DNA of 64,000 bases. Source: an uncultured Candidatus Saccharibacteria bacterium (GTDB taxonomy: Bacteria > Patescibacteriota > WWE3 > UBA101185 > UBA10185). A program made the translations under genes and the position numbers. Below are positions 20,211 to 31,275 of the stretch, piece after piece; position 1 is the stretch's first letter; each line of letters opens with the position of its first letter. The notes under the pieces were generated by a model. The model did not search any database. It was given only the letters and a program-made list of their open reading frames with translations, and had not been told where the DNA came from. The stretch is taken from assembly GCA_964385105.1 (NCBI GenBank), contig CAYLMU010000001.1:2252-66251 (forward strand), written 5' to 3'.

Positions 20211-21155
20211 ATGTTAGACCTGCTCGTAATTGGCGACTGTTTTGTTGACCAGCATTTAGTCATAGAAAATACAGATGTTTTTACTGAAGCCGAAACAGGT
20301 GAGGCAAAATTTTGCTTTTTTCACGGAAGCAAAATACCCGTGAATGATTTTAAAACCACGTTTGGCGGAAATGCCGCTCATGTAAGTATTGGTGCAAAAA
20401 GGCTGGGTCTAAATTCGGCCATTTACACCGAACTTGGTGATGACATGTATTCAGACCAATTACTAAAATTGTTTGAAAAAGAACAAGTTGAAACAAAATA
20501 TTGCAAAACTAACCCGGGAACTAACACAAACACATCCGTAATTATTATTTTTAATCAGGAAAGAACTATTTTTAATTTTCACCAGCCGCGAAACTACACG
20601 TTGCCGTTTGAGCAAATACCAATACCCAACTGGATTTATTACACATCATTATCTAAAGGTTTTGAAAAATTTCAGCCCAAACTTGTTGATTTTATAAAAG
20701 CAAACAGTGACATAGGTGTAGCGTGCAACCCGGGATCCATCCATTTGAAGAATTTGGATCAAGTTACACCATTTTTTAAGGTAACTGATGTATTGTTTGT
20801 AAACAAGGACGAAGCAAGGCGCATCACTAATGTGCCGGTTGACAAACAACTTAACCCGGTCGACCTGCACAAAGAGGTTCAAATGCTTGGGCCAAGGCTC
20901 ACTGTAATCACAGACGGCAAAAACGGCTCCAGTGTATATGACGGAAACGAACTTTATGAACAACCCGCCCCACAGGTTTCAAATGTTGTTGACAAAACAG
21001 GAGCCGGGGACGCATACTCGGCAGCATTTTTATCGGCTCTACACCACAAAAAAACAATAAGAGAAGCTATGGAATGGGGTAATAAGAATGCAGCAAGTAT
21101 TGTGGCGCAAATTGGCGCAATTGACGGTCTAGTTTCACTGAAGGAAGTTGAATAA
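20211..21155 (+). CDS. PfkB-family carbohydrate kinase (ribokinase/phosphofructokinase-B-like)
   Basis: C-terminal GAGDAYSAAFL anion-hole motif. Confidence 0.8.
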   Translation: MLDLLVIGDCFVDQHLVIENTDVFTEAETGEAKFCFFHGSKIPVNDFKTTFGGNAAHVSIGAKRLGLNSAIYTELGDDMYSDQLLKLFEKEQVETKYCKTNPGTNTNTSVIIIFNQERTIFNFHQPRNYTLPFEQIPIPNWIYYTSLSKGFEKFQPKLVDFIKANSDIGVACNPGSIHLKNLDQVTPFFKVTDVLFVNKDEARRITNVPVDKQLNPVDLHKEVQMLGPRLTVITDGKNGSSVYDGNELYEQPAPQVSNVVDKTGAGDAYSAAFLSALHHKKTIREAMEWGNKNAASIVAQIGAIDGLVSLKEVE

Positions 21156-21157
21156 AC

Positions 21158-22045
21158 ATGAAAGCACAGGAACTATTTAAAAAAGCTAAAGAAAACCATT
21201 TTGCAATAGGTGCCTTTAATGCGGCAAATGTTGAAACACTCAAAGCAGTGACAGGTGCGGCGAAAAAACTTAATTCGCCCGTGATTATTGAAGCATCCGA
21301 CGGGGAAGTAAAATATATTGGAATTAATCAACTTGTTGCATTGGCAAGAGCATACGAGAATGAACATAATATACCAATCATTTTAAATTTAGACCATGCA
21401 AAAACTTTTGAAGCATGCAAAGAAGCCGTCGATGCCGGATTTGACTATGTTCATATTGACGGAAGTAAATTACCTTACGAAGAAAATATTGAAATAACAA
21501 AAAAAGTAGTTAAATATGCTCATGAGCGCGGCGTTATGGTTGAGGGGGAAATGGATCACATTCAAGGCAGTTCAGCCGACCACACAAAAGAAAGTCCTGA
21601 CAAATTTAATGACCCCAAATTTATGACCGTTCCCGAAAAAGCAAAGGAATTTGTTGAAATTACCGAAATTGACACTTTTGCAAGTTTTATAGGAAATTTG
21701 CACGGAATTTATGCCACAGAGCTACATTTAAACCTGGACATTTTAAAAAAACTAAACGAACTTTTACCTCAAACTTATTTTTCACTTCATGGGGGTTCGG
21801 GAATAAACAGCGAAGACGTAAAAAGTGCTATAAAAACAGGAATAGTTAAGGTGAATGTTAATAGCGAAATGAGAATGGCTTTTAAGTCAACACTTCAGCA
21901 AACCTTAAACAGCAGCGATGAAATAGCAATTTATAAAGTAGCTCAACCTGCTATAGATGCCGTACAAGAAGTTGTAGAATCAAAGATTTTACTTTTTGGC
22001 TCAAATAATACGCTTGAAATTCCTCAAATAACTTCATTAGTATAA
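21158..22045 (+). CDS. fba: class II fructose-bisphosphate aldolase
   Basis: FAIGAFN...LNLDHA...HIDGS class II aldolase motifs. Confidence 0.85.
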   Translation: MKAQELFKKAKENHFAIGAFNAANVETLKAVTGAAKKLNSPVIIEASDGEVKYIGINQLVALARAYENEHNIPIILNLDHAKTFEACKEAVDAGFDYVHIDGSKLPYEENIEITKKVVKYAHERGVMVEGEMDHIQGSSADHTKESPDKFNDPKFMTVPEKAKEFVEITEIDTFASFIGNLHGIYATELHLNLDILKKLNELLPQTYFSLHGGSGINSEDVKSAIKTGIVKVNVNSEMRMAFKSTLQQTLNSSDEIAIYKVAQPAIDAVQEVVESKILLFGSNNTLEIPQITSLV

Positions 22046-22112
22046 ATTCTGTTCCAAAACAATTAAATATGTTAACTTTTATAAAAATCAATAAATAAAG
22101 TGAGGTGAATAC

Positions 22113-22412
22113 GTGTCACAAAACGAGTCTTTAGCATTGATGGGGTTTGAACAATGGACTCCCAATAATGTCAAAAACCCACGTTTGTATTATTTTAGAG
22201 TGGAAATTCAACGGGGAGATGAAACGCAAATAAAGTTCTTTGCTTCGGCAGGTGATAAGCGATATGAATCCATATGCACTGTAGCAAATTTGGAAAACTT
22301 TGCCGTGGAACGGGCATTGAACATACTGTTTGAACACGAAAAGAACGAAAAAACCAGGGATATTATTAAGGCAGCAAAAGAATTATTGTACGCATTGCTT
22401 AAGAAGGACTAA
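22113..22412 (+). CDS. hypothetical protein (GTG start, strong SD GAGGTG)
   Basis: 99 aa ORF bracketed by SD and intrinsic terminator. Confidence 0.5.
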   Translation: MSQNESLALMGFEQWTPNNVKNPRLYYFRVEIQRGDETQIKFFASAGDKRYESICTVANLENFAVERALNILFEHEKNEKTRDIIKAAKELLYALLKKD

Positions 22413-22440
22413 CGCATTGGGGTGAGGCGGGTTATGTGAA

Positions 22441-22476
22441 AAGCAAGAGGTAAAATTTTATCTCTTGCTTTTTTAT
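22441..22476 (+). terminator. intrinsic terminator (AAGCAAGAG...CTCTTGCTT + T5)
   Basis: 9-bp stem followed by TTTTTTATT. Confidence 0.75.
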
Positions 22477-22493
22477 TATGTTAACATTAAATA

Positions 22494-23492
22494 ATGAAAC
22501 TGCTCATCACACGTGAAATTCCTCAAGCCGGAATTGAGATTTTAAACAAATACCGTGAAATCGAAATAGATTATCGTAAAGACCGCCCTTTAACAAAAGA
22601 GGAGTTAAAAGATGCGATAAAAGGTAAAGACGCTATCTTGCCCGTAATACCCGACCAAATAACAAAAGAGGTTATGACTGCAGCAGGCCCTCAATTAAAG
22701 TTAATTGCTCACTATGCTGTGGGTTTTGACAACATTGATATAAATGGCGCAACTGAACTGGGAATTTATGTTTCAAACACGCCGGGAGATTTAACCGAGT
22801 CGGTGGCTGAATTTTCGTTGGGACTAATGTTTGCAATTAGTAAAAAAATAGTCTCTTCTGATAAATTTACACGAGAAGGAAATTACAAATTTTGGGATCC
22901 TTTGGTATTTATGGGGCCAACACTCCAAGGTAAAACACTCGGAATCGTGGGGATGGGAAGAATAGGCCAATATCTGGCAAAAATGGCGCACAATGGTCTT
23001 AATATGAAGATTTTGTATACCGACTCAAACACGTGCGAAGAGTTAGAAAAGTCTCTTGGAGCAAAAAAGGTTGAACTTATAGAATTGCTTGAAAATTCTG
23101 ATTTTGTGTCTCTTCATTGCCCGCTTAATGAAAGTACACATCATTTAATAGGACACAAAGAACTTGAGCATATGAAACCGACTTCTTACTTAATAAATAC
23201 AGCACGTGGTCCTGTTGTAAATGAAGCAGCACTATACACTGCATTAAAAGAAAACTGGATTGAAGGAGCTGCCCTTGACGTTTTTGAAAACGAACCCGCA
23301 CTTTACCCCGGATTAGCAGAACTTGAAAACGTAATATTAACTCCACATATAGCAAGTGCAACAAGAGAAGCAAGAATTCAAATGGCAGTTATGGTGGCTA
23401 ATAATATAGTTGATGTTTTAATAAACAAAACCCCTCCGACAAATTTGGTAAATAAAGAACTGGCCGAAAATAAAGTGTCTTCAATCACATAA
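22494..23492 (+). CDS. D-isomer-specific 2-hydroxyacid dehydrogenase (glyoxylate/hydroxypyruvate reductase-like)
   Basis: NAD-binding GIVGMGRIGQ, catalytic R/E/H arrangement. Confidence 0.85.
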   Translation: MKLLITREIPQAGIEILNKYREIEIDYRKDRPLTKEELKDAIKGKDAILPVIPDQITKEVMTAAGPQLKLIAHYAVGFDNIDINGATELGIYVSNTPGDLTESVAEFSLGLMFAISKKIVSSDKFTREGNYKFWDPLVFMGPTLQGKTLGIVGMGRIGQYLAKMAHNGLNMKILYTDSNTCEELEKSLGAKKVELIELLENSDFVSLHCPLNESTHHLIGHKELEHMKPTSYLINTARGPVVNEAALYTALKENWIEGAALDVFENEPALYPGLAELENVILTPHIASATREARIQMAVMVANNIVDVLINKTPPTNLVNKELAENKVSSIT

Positions 23493-23577
23493 GATAAATT
23501 AAAGGCAGATGTTGAAACTTTTAAAAAAACACATTACACTTATAGCACTGCTAGTTTATTAATTTTATGGAGACTTT

Positions 23578-24315
23578 ATGGATAAAAAGAACTTTTTAGG
23601 GAATTCAAACGTTATCACAGGAATCTTGGTAGTCGCGCTTGTAGTTGCAGCTTTTTTTGTAGGAATGTTGTGGATGAAAGTCCAAAATCTTGAGGGCGGA
23701 TCCCGAACCGGCACAGGCACAGGTACCGCAGGAGGAGGCGCTCCTGTTGCTGCCAGATCAATTAGTGAAATTGCCGAAGAAGCAGGTTTAGACGGTGACG
23801 CAATTGAAGAATGTGCACAATCTGATGAAATGGCAACCAAAGTACAAAATCAGTATCAATCAGGTATACGTGCAGGCGTAACCGGAACACCAGGTAACAT
23901 ACTACTTGATACCCAAGCCAACAAAGCAAGACTTGTTTCAGGTGCAGTACCTCTTCAAACTCTAAAAGAGGAGTTAACCGAGCTTGAAGGTGAAAACGGT
24001 ACTACCTCTTATGGAGCGCCGGTAGAAATAGATAATCTTGAGCCTTTATCTGACGGTGATCATGTTAGAGGTAATCAAAATGCAAGATTTGCCTTAATTG
24101 AGTACTCAGACTTTGAATGTCCGTTCTGTCAAAGATTTCACCCTACTGCAAGCCAGCTCATTGCCGACATGGACAATGTAAAATGGGTATACAGGCACTT
24201 TCCATTAGATAGCATACACCCACAGGCAAGAGAACTTGCAAAAGCTTCAGAGTGTGCAGCTAAAGAAGGCGGAGAAGAAGCATTCTGGAAATTTGCAGAT
24301 ACCGTGTACCAATAA
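23578..24315 (+). CDS. DsbA-like thiol:disulfide oxidoreductase, membrane-anchored
   Basis: CPFC active site, N-terminal TM, Gly/Thr low-complexity linker. Confidence 0.75.
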   Translation: MDKKNFLGNSNVITGILVVALVVAAFFVGMLWMKVQNLEGGSRTGTGTGTAGGGAPVAARSISEIAEEAGLDGDAIEECAQSDEMATKVQNQYQSGIRAGVTGTPGNILLDTQANKARLVSGAVPLQTLKEELTELEGENGTTSYGAPVEIDNLEPLSDGDHVRGNQNARFALIEYSDFECPFCQRFHPTASQLIADMDNVKWVYRHFPLDSIHPQARELAKASECAAKEGGEEAFWKFADTVYQ

Positions 24316-24344
24316 CAAGTACGCTAATTTAAGAGTTTAACGTA

Positions 24345-24376
24345 AAGGCTGTGTTCTTTGAACACAGCCTTTTTAT
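24345..24376 (+). terminator. intrinsic terminator (AAGGCTGTGTTC...GAACACAGCCTT + T5)
   Basis: 12-bp perfect stem then TTTTTATT. Confidence 0.8.
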
Positions 24377-24391
24377 TGATAAAATACAAAT

Positions 24392-24940
24392 ATGCAAAGT
24401 TTTTTAAAAAGAAACATGCCGGTTTTTGTTATTGGTTTCATAACATTTGCCGTTTTTTTAGGAATAATATTTAGAGGGGAAACACAAGTTCCTGATGCTG
24501 CCGAATCGCCATACCTAAAAAAAGTGTCCGATGACACTTCTGACATAAATGAAACAGCCACGTATTCGGCCAATCCACAAATAACAAACAACTTTACCGA
24601 CCCAGAAACTTCTATTCAGGTGGTAATACCTGAAGAGCCGGTTTTATCACCTGAAGAAGTCGATGCACAATTTGGTGTTGCAGAAGTTTTTTTTAGACCA
24701 GATGGATTTGAGCCTATTGAAATTGATATTGAACCAAATCAGCTTGTGCGATGGACAAACGAAACAGACAGAGAAATCACCATTTACCAAACAAGTTACA
24801 AAAAATACGATGAATGGGAAACTGATGCGGTAATTCCTCCGGGAGGAACTTTTGAGTTTAGATTCTACAAACCAAAAATCTGGACCTATAAAGAACGTGA
24901 ATCAATGGAATTTGGCTCGGTTTTTGTAAAAACCCCCTAA
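24392..24940 (+). CDS. hypothetical secreted protein, possible cupredoxin-like fold
   Basis: N-terminal TM; C-terminal beta-rich segment; no metal ligands evident. Confidence 0.45.
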   Translation: MQSFLKRNMPVFVIGFITFAVFLGIIFRGETQVPDAAESPYLKKVSDDTSDINETATYSANPQITNNFTDPETSIQVVIPEEPVLSPEEVDAQFGVAEVFFRPDGFEPIEIDIEPNQLVRWTNETDREITIYQTSYKKYDEWETDAVIPPGGTFEFRFYKPKIWTYKERESMEFGSVFVKTP

Positions 24941-25572
24941 TCAAAAGTAAAAGCTGAAGGACAAACTTTATTTAATACACATTCTGCACACTTGGGCTTT
25001 CTTGCAACACAGATGTATCGTCCATGTAATACTACCGACCCTGAAAAATGACGCCAATGCTCTTTTGGAATTAGCTTCATGAGGTCAAGCTCTATTTTTT
25101 TCGCATCCATGTTTTTGGTAAACCCAAGCCTGTTTGACACGCGAGTTACATGCGTATCAACTACAACACCTTCACCAATATCCCATAATTCCTGTAAAAT
25201 CACGTTTGCGCTTTTTCTTGCAACCCCAGGAAGTTTAGTAAGCTCAGCAATACTTTTTGGCATTATTCCACCAAATTTACTGACCACCATTTCACCCATT
25301 TTAATTAAGCGTTCAGCTTTTCCCACATGAAAATTAACTCCGTGAATATCACTTTGCAACTCTAATGGGTCGGCATTGGCAAAATCTTCCCAGGTTTTGT
25401 ATTTTTTAAATAGGTTTTCTGTTACCTCATTAACTTTTTTATCGGTAGTTTGGGCAGATAGCACAACTGCCACAACTAATTGCATTTCATTTTTATAATT
25501 AAGCTCGGTTTTAGGGTTGGGATATTCTTTTTTTAATAGCGTAATTACCTCGTTTACCTGGTCGTGAAGCAT
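24937..25572 (-). CDS. nth: endonuclease III
   Basis: HhH-GPD (LPGVARKSANVIL), catalytic D in DTHV, C-x6-C-x2-C-x5-C Fe-S cluster. Confidence 0.9.
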   Translation of the reverse strand: MLHDQVNEVITLLKKEYPNPKTELNYKNEMQLVVAVVLSAQTTDKKVNEVTENLFKKYKTWEDFANADPLELQSDIHGVNFHVGKAERLIKMGEMVVSKFGGIMPKSIAELTKLPGVARKSANVILQELWDIGEGVVVDTHVTRVSNRLGFTKNMDAKKIELDLMKLIPKEHWRHFSGSVVLHGRYICVARKPKCAECVLNKVCPSAFTFD

Positions 25573-25690
25573 ATTAACAGTATATCAAACCCGCTAACAG
25601 TATTCTTACATCCCCTTAATACAACATTTAAATCAATTTCATACACTGAGCATAGTAAAAAATTACTTATTTGTAGGAGGTGAAATAGTA

Positions 25691-25936
25691 ATGAGTTTAA
25701 TTATGTGGATTATTTTTGGTGCGATAGTCGGATGGTTGGCATCGGTAATAATGAACAGAAACAGTCAGCAAGGATTGCTTGGTGACATAATTCTGGGAAT
25801 AATCGGTGCGCTTGTGGGAGGATTTCTCGCCAGCTTGTTTGGTGCAGAAGGTATTCAAGGATTTAACTTATACAGCATGGTTGTAGCCTTAATCGGTGCA
25901 GCAGTTGTAGTTTGGGTAGGTAGATTGTTAACTTAA
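25691..25936 (+). CDS. GlsB/YeaQ/YmgE-family stress membrane protein
   Basis: WIIFGAIVGWLAS...GALVGGFL signature; SD TAGGAGGTG. Confidence 0.8.
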   Translation: MSLIMWIIFGAIVGWLASVIMNRNSQQGLLGDIILGIIGALVGGFLASLFGAEGIQGFNLYSMVVALIGAAVVVWVGRLLT

Positions 25937-25955
25937 AAAATTAATAGAAAGGCAG

Positions 25956-26222
25956 GTGTGTATGCACGATACAGATTTTGCGACAAACATTGATGAAAAA
26001 TGGCAGGAAGCAAGAGCCAGATTTGCTGAACTAAGAGAAGACGCCTCAGACGAAATGAATGAACAACTGCAAAATGCAGAATCGGCATTAGACAGATTTC
26101 AGTTAAAAATGGAAGAGTATAAAAACTCTGCAGAAGATACTGAAATAGCCGAAGAACTGCGCGAGGCATGGATGGAAGTAAAAACAACACTAGACCTGGA
26201 AGATGATCGGCAAATGGAATGA
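25956..26222 (+). CDS. hypothetical acidic coiled-coil protein
   Basis: 88 aa E/D-rich; followed by terminator. Confidence 0.45.
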   Translation: MCMHDTDFATNIDEKWQEARARFAELREDASDEMNEQLQNAESALDRFQLKMEEYKNSAEDTEIAEELREAWMEVKTTLDLEDDRQME

Positions 26223-26241
26223 TGAGAAAAAATTTAATATA

Positions 26242-26274
26242 AATAACCCGTCGTAATGGCGGGTTATTTTTTTG
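26242..26274 (+). terminator. intrinsic terminator (AATAACCCG...CGGGTTATT + T7)
   Basis: inverted repeat plus T-run. Confidence 0.7.
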
Positions 26275-26291
26275 TTAAAATATACAAAAGT

Positions 26292-28049
26292 ATGAGTTTA
26301 AGCAAAAAAGACAAGAAATTTATAAAAAAACATTACAAAACATTAAAAAAAGAAGAAATTGCAAATGAATTAAATGTATCTATACAAGAAATAGAAAAAT
26401 ATGCAAAAAAGCACGCTCTTGTTAAAAATCCACAAAAACAAAAAAGATTGCCTGTAGCTACAGAAAGAGTTGAAATTAAATCTTTTAAAGAATTAGTTGG
26501 CTTTATATTAAAAAACAAGACTTTGGTAACCGTTTTAATTTTATTACCGCTCGTTGTGTATGCAAATTCTTTAAGAGGCGAATTTGTGTCAGATGATTTG
26601 CCAGGGTATGTAAACAACCCTGCTGCTCAAAACCTTTCGGAAGCTATTTCAAAATATGAACTTGGAGACATAATTTATGCCATTTCTTACTCGCTTTTTG
26701 GTTTAACTCCAATTCCGTTGCATGTTTTATCCCTGATTTTGCATATTAAAGTGACTTTGATGTTTTTTATTATTTTTTCAATTTTGTTTCATAAAAGAGT
26801 TGCGTTTTATGCAGCACTTTTATTTAGCGTTCACCCCGTTACAACAGAAACTGTTGATTGGATTTCGGCTAAAGGATACCTTCTCACCGCACTTTTTGTT
26901 TTTATGCCGGTTTTATTTTATTTAATATATAAAGATTCCAATAATCGCCGGTATTTTGCCGTTTCAATAATAATTTATTCAATAGGCGCTATTATGATGA
27001 AAACACCTTGGATTTTAATTTCACCGGCATTTTTTATACTGGTGGACTTTTTCTTTAGAAACACCAAAGTAACTATAAAAAATCTAAATGACCATTTTTT
27101 GTTGTGGGGATTTACCGCACTCTACGCATTTGTAATGTTTAATCAGCAATATGTTCAAAGACTTCAGACTCTTGAAACAGTACACAGTTTTTCGCCGGAA
27201 CAAAGCGCTCCCTATTATGCAAGGCTTCCATACTCCATATTTATGACACTTTACTTGTATGTTTTTCCAAACGGCATGACTATATACCATGAAGGAGCTT
27301 CTATTAGCGGCAAGTTGTTTGCATTAATGATTATAGTAACAATAATATTTTTGGGTAGTGCGTTGTGGCTACTGTTTAGTAATAAAAAAGTTGCCGCACT
27401 GTTAATATTTATTTTAGCGGCCACAATACCAATGTTGAGCCCCATACAAATTGGCTGGCTTATTGCAGAAAGGTACCTATATATGGGACTAATAGCATTT
27501 TGTATTGGTGTAGCAATGATATTGTTAAAAATTGAAGAAGCAACGGGAAAAAAATATATTTCTGTGTATCTGTTAGCTTTGCTTGTTACTATTTATTCTG
27601 TAAGAACAATGATTAGAAACCATGACTGGAGTACCCGTGAAAGATTATGGTGGTCAACAATACGCACGTCGCCGGGAAGTCATAGAGCATACAACAATCT
27701 TGGTGATGTATATTCCGAAAAAAACAACTACCCTTTGGCTGCCGAAATGTTTGCTAAATCAGTTGAGTTAAATCCTACATATGCTGAAGCCTGGCATAAT
27801 CTGGGAACAGCTTACCTTCAAATGGGCGACGCAAAAACTGCTTATGAATATATACTACATTCTTATGAACTAAAACCCGTACTCTACCAATCTACATATA
27901 AACTAGGACTTATAGAATATGAAAACAAAAATTATGAAAAAGCACGGGAATACTTTATGAAAACTGTTGAAATAGCTCCGCAATTTACTCCTGCATACGA
28001 GGCATTAGCGGCTGCAGAACAGCAAGTGGTACAATTGGAAAATGAATAA
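26292..28049 (+). CDS. polytopic membrane protein with C-terminal TPR repeats (TMTC/PMT-like architecture)
   Basis: ~10 TM helices followed by 3-4 TPR units (AYNNLG...AWHNLG); start moved to ATG 26292 to clear upstream terminator. Confidence 0.6.
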   Translation: MSLSKKDKKFIKKHYKTLKKEEIANELNVSIQEIEKYAKKHALVKNPQKQKRLPVATERVEIKSFKELVGFILKNKTLVTVLILLPLVVYANSLRGEFVSDDLPGYVNNPAAQNLSEAISKYELGDIIYAISYSLFGLTPIPLHVLSLILHIKVTLMFFIIFSILFHKRVAFYAALLFSVHPVTTETVDWISAKGYLLTALFVFMPVLFYLIYKDSNNRRYFAVSIIIYSIGAIMMKTPWILISPAFFILVDFFFRNTKVTIKNLNDHFLLWGFTALYAFVMFNQQYVQRLQTLETVHSFSPEQSAPYYARLPYSIFMTLYLYVFPNGMTIYHEGASISGKLFALMIIVTIIFLGSALWLLFSNKKVAALLIFILAATIPMLSPIQIGWLIAERYLYMGLIAFCIGVAMILLKIEEATGKKYISVYLLALLVTIYSVRTMIRNHDWSTRERLWWSTIRTSPGSHRAYNNLGDVYSEKNNYPLAAEMFAKSVELNPTYAEAWHNLGTAYLQMGDAKTAYEYILHSYELKPVLYQSTYKLGLIEYENKNYEKAREYFMKTVEIAPQFTPAYEALAAAEQQVVQLENE

Positions 28050-29853
28050 AGCAATAAATATAAATACTTCAGTTACTAAGTGGAATCTTACCCCGTTATT
28101 GAACGATCCATCACAAGAAGAAGCTAAACTTAACGAACTAAAAAATGCAAGTTATAACTTTATTAACAAATGGAAAGACAGATTAGATTATCTTGAAGAT
28201 CCGGCAGTTTTAAAAGAAGCTTTAGATGAATATGAAGCGTGGGCTGCAAATTATGGTACCGATGGAGATGTGGGTTATTATTATGGCCTCAGGTCTGCAC
28301 AAGACCAGCTTGACACTGAAATTAGAGCAAAACTAAACAAAATAAATGATATTTCAACTCAAATATCTAATGATATACAATTTTTTGAACACAGACTTTC
28401 TAAAGTTGCTTTAGACACACAAAAACAATTTCTGTCATATGCAGAATTGGCGCCATATCATCATTTTTTGAAAAATCTTTTTGAGAATGCAAAGTATTTA
28501 TTAAGTGAGGAAGAAGAAAAAATATTGAATCTGGTATCGCCTACGTCGCATTCACACTGGGTAAGAATGGTATCTTCAATGCTTTCGACCGTAGAAAAAG
28601 AAGTGTTGACTGAAGAGGAAAAACTTGAGGTTAAGAGTTTTAACTCAATATTTGGTAATTTAAGCAGTAAAAAGAAAAATGTCCGCGATAGTGCGGCACA
28701 GGCAATTAACGAAACATTAAAAGCGCACCTTGATGTTGCTGAAAATGAACTTAACTCGGTTTTACAATACAAAAAAGTGAATGATGAGTTAAGAAAAGTA
28801 GAAAAACCCGATAAACTAAGGCATATTAGCGATGACATTGAAAGTGACGTGGTTGATACACTTGTACAGGTAATTTCAAGCAGAAATTCTATTTCTCACA
28901 AATACTATGAATTAAAAGCAAAATTACTTGGTCTTAAGAAATTGGCATACCACGAAAGATCTGTTGAATATGGCGATATTGATAAGAAATATACTTATGA
29001 TGAATCGGTGGAATTGGTAAATAAGACTTTTTTGTCACTTGATGCTGAGTTTGCGGAAATATTTAAAAAAATGGTTGAAAACGGACAATTTGATGTTTTT
29101 CCACAAAAAGGTAAAAGCGGCGGCGCATTTTGTGCAGGAGGACTGCTAAATCAACCTGTATACATTTTGCTAAACCACAATAATAAAATTAATGACGTAT
29201 TAACCATAGCTCACGAAATGGGACATGCAATAAACGATTATTTAATTAAAGACAAGCAAAACGCATTGAATGCCGGAACATCGCTTGCAACAGCTGAGGT
29301 AGCCAGTACATTTATGGAAGACTTTGTTCTTCAGGAGTTGTTAAAAGACGCTGATGATGAAACAAAACTTGCACTACTTATTTCTAAACTCGACAGTGAT
29401 GTAGGTTCAATCCCAAGGCAAATTGCCGCATACAGGTTTGAACAGGAACTTCACACAAATTTTAGAGAACAGGGATATTTGTCAAAACAAGCAATTGGTG
29501 ACTTGTTTCAAAAACATATGGAATCATATATGGGTCCATATGTAGAACAAACTGAAGATTCAAAAAACTGGTGGGTATACTGGGGACATATTCGTAGATT
29601 CTTTTATGTTTATTCTTATGCAAGCGGATTATTGATTTCGAAATCAATGCAATACTCAGTCAAACAAGATCCTCAGTTTATAACCAAAGTAAAAGAATTT
29701 TTGAGTGCCGGAAGCAGCGCATCCCCAAAAGAAATATTTTTACAAATGGGCATAGATATAACAAAAAAAGACTTTTGGAACAAAGGACTTAATGAAATGG
29801 AAAAACAACTTAACGAAGCAGAGGAACTGGCGGTTAAACTAAACAAAATATAG
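28042..29853 (+). CDS. pepF: M3-family oligoendopeptidase F
   Basis: HEMGH zinc-binding HExxH, PepF-like length. Confidence 0.8.
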   Translation: MNKAININTSVTKWNLTPLLNDPSQEEAKLNELKNASYNFINKWKDRLDYLEDPAVLKEALDEYEAWAANYGTDGDVGYYYGLRSAQDQLDTEIRAKLNKINDISTQISNDIQFFEHRLSKVALDTQKQFLSYAELAPYHHFLKNLFENAKYLLSEEEEKILNLVSPTSHSHWVRMVSSMLSTVEKEVLTEEEKLEVKSFNSIFGNLSSKKKNVRDSAAQAINETLKAHLDVAENELNSVLQYKKVNDELRKVEKPDKLRHISDDIESDVVDTLVQVISSRNSISHKYYELKAKLLGLKKLAYHERSVEYGDIDKKYTYDESVELVNKTFLSLDAEFAEIFKKMVENGQFDVFPQKGKSGGAFCAGGLLNQPVYILLNHNNKINDVLTIAHEMGHAINDYLIKDKQNALNAGTSLATAEVASTFMEDFVLQELLKDADDETKLALLISKLDSDVGSIPRQIAAYRFEQELHTNFREQGYLSKQAIGDLFQKHMESYMGPYVEQTEDSKNWWVYWGHIRRFFYVYSYASGLLISKSMQYSVKQDPQFITKVKEFLSAGSSASPKEIFLQMGIDITKKDFWNKGLNEMEKQLNEAEELAVKLNKI

Positions 29854-29867
29854 TGTAAAATAAATGT

Positions 29868-31175
29868 ATGAGCGATTTGCCTTATGAACCGCTAGGTGGC
29901 GAACCACAAAACCCTGAACAGGGCTCTAATGTAGACAGTATACCCGAACCGGTACAAGACAAGGTACAAAAAAAACCTAGAAAACGTGTTGGATTATCAA
30001 AAACCGCATTCTTTATGATTTTTGCGCTACTTGTTTTAATAATCGGAGGGTATGTGGTTTATACCGTATTTAATGTTAACCAACCGCAAACTCCTCCACA
30101 AGATCAACCAGTCGAAGAGCCAATCGTTCCTCCGGTAGAAGAAGATTCAACAACACAACAATCATCAGAAGACGGGTGGATTGAATATTTTAACAAAACT
30201 GAAGAAATTTTAATTAAATATCCGCAAACAGCCAAATTTAGAGAACCTCAAGAAATGGGAATTTTTAATGTTTATGAAGTTACATATGCAACTGAGAGAC
30301 AAACTCAGGAGCTTAATACAGATGAAAATCTTCAGGATGGTTACATTGTGAGATTTTTGGTTCAAAATAATGTAACTAACACAGATTTAAATCAAATTGC
30401 ACTTGATAAACGAAACAGCTACATAATAAGGTGCCCTGACACAGCAACCATATCAAATATTACTCAATCAACTATTTCAAATTTGAACGCACTTACTATA
30501 ACCGTTGAAAACTGTAACGGTAACTTTATAGACTCATTTACACTGCGGGATAATGATTTGGTTGAAGTGTTGCAAGTTTATCAGGGAGACCTTGGATTTA
30601 GGCAAGTACACAGAAACAGCACAATTGAAATTGTTAACCGGTTTGAGTTCACAAACATAATTCAAGCTACGCCAAAAGAAACCTGGACAACACACACCGA
30701 ACCTTCATATGGAATAAGATTTAGATATCCGTCTGAGTTTAACTCAACATGCTGTAGTTTAAACGGACCTGTTTCAACAACAGTACAAAAAAGAATTATT
30801 TTGGCTGATAACGAAAGTGTGGAAAAGGGACAAGGTCAGAAATTTACCGGCTTTGGCGTGTTTATAGAACCAAACAGAGATCAAACTGGGTTTTATCAAT
30901 ATGTTGAAGAACAAAAACAATTGTTAAAAGAAAATTACAGGGTGGTAGTAGGAAAAGAGCCTCCCCAGCTTACTCAAGATGAAGTGACGATTTCAGGTCA
31001 ACCGGGAATAAAACTTACAGGTTATGCCTGGTGGGGTGATATGTACTTTGTTCCGTTGGTGAATCAGCGAAGTATAATGGTAATTTCAAAAACCGAACTT
31101 AACCCCGGAGAATTTGATGAACTCTTTTCAGATATATTAGGTTCATTCGAATTATATAATCCTGTAAACAGATAA
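29868..31175 (+). CDS. hypothetical membrane-anchored extracellular protein
   Basis: Pro/Glu-rich N-terminus, single TM, large ectodomain. Confidence 0.5.
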   Translation: MSDLPYEPLGGEPQNPEQGSNVDSIPEPVQDKVQKKPRKRVGLSKTAFFMIFALLVLIIGGYVVYTVFNVNQPQTPPQDQPVEEPIVPPVEEDSTTQQSSEDGWIEYFNKTEEILIKYPQTAKFREPQEMGIFNVYEVTYATERQTQELNTDENLQDGYIVRFLVQNNVTNTDLNQIALDKRNSYIIRCPDTATISNITQSTISNLNALTITVENCNGNFIDSFTLRDNDLVEVLQVYQGDLGFRQVHRNSTIEIVNRFEFTNIIQATPKETWTTHTEPSYGIRFRYPSEFNSTCCSLNGPVSTTVQKRIILADNESVEKGQGQKFTGFGVFIEPNRDQTGFYQYVEEQKQLLKENYRVVVGKEPPQLTQDEVTISGQPGIKLTGYAWWGDMYFVPLVNQRSIMVISKTELNPGEFDELFSDILGSFELYNPVNR

Positions 31176-31275
31176 AAAATCGCTTACAGGTTTCTAACAA
31201 ACTTCTAACTTAAAAATTATACTTAACGCTTATATTAAAAATATACATTAACAACTTACAAGGAGGTGAGGTTTA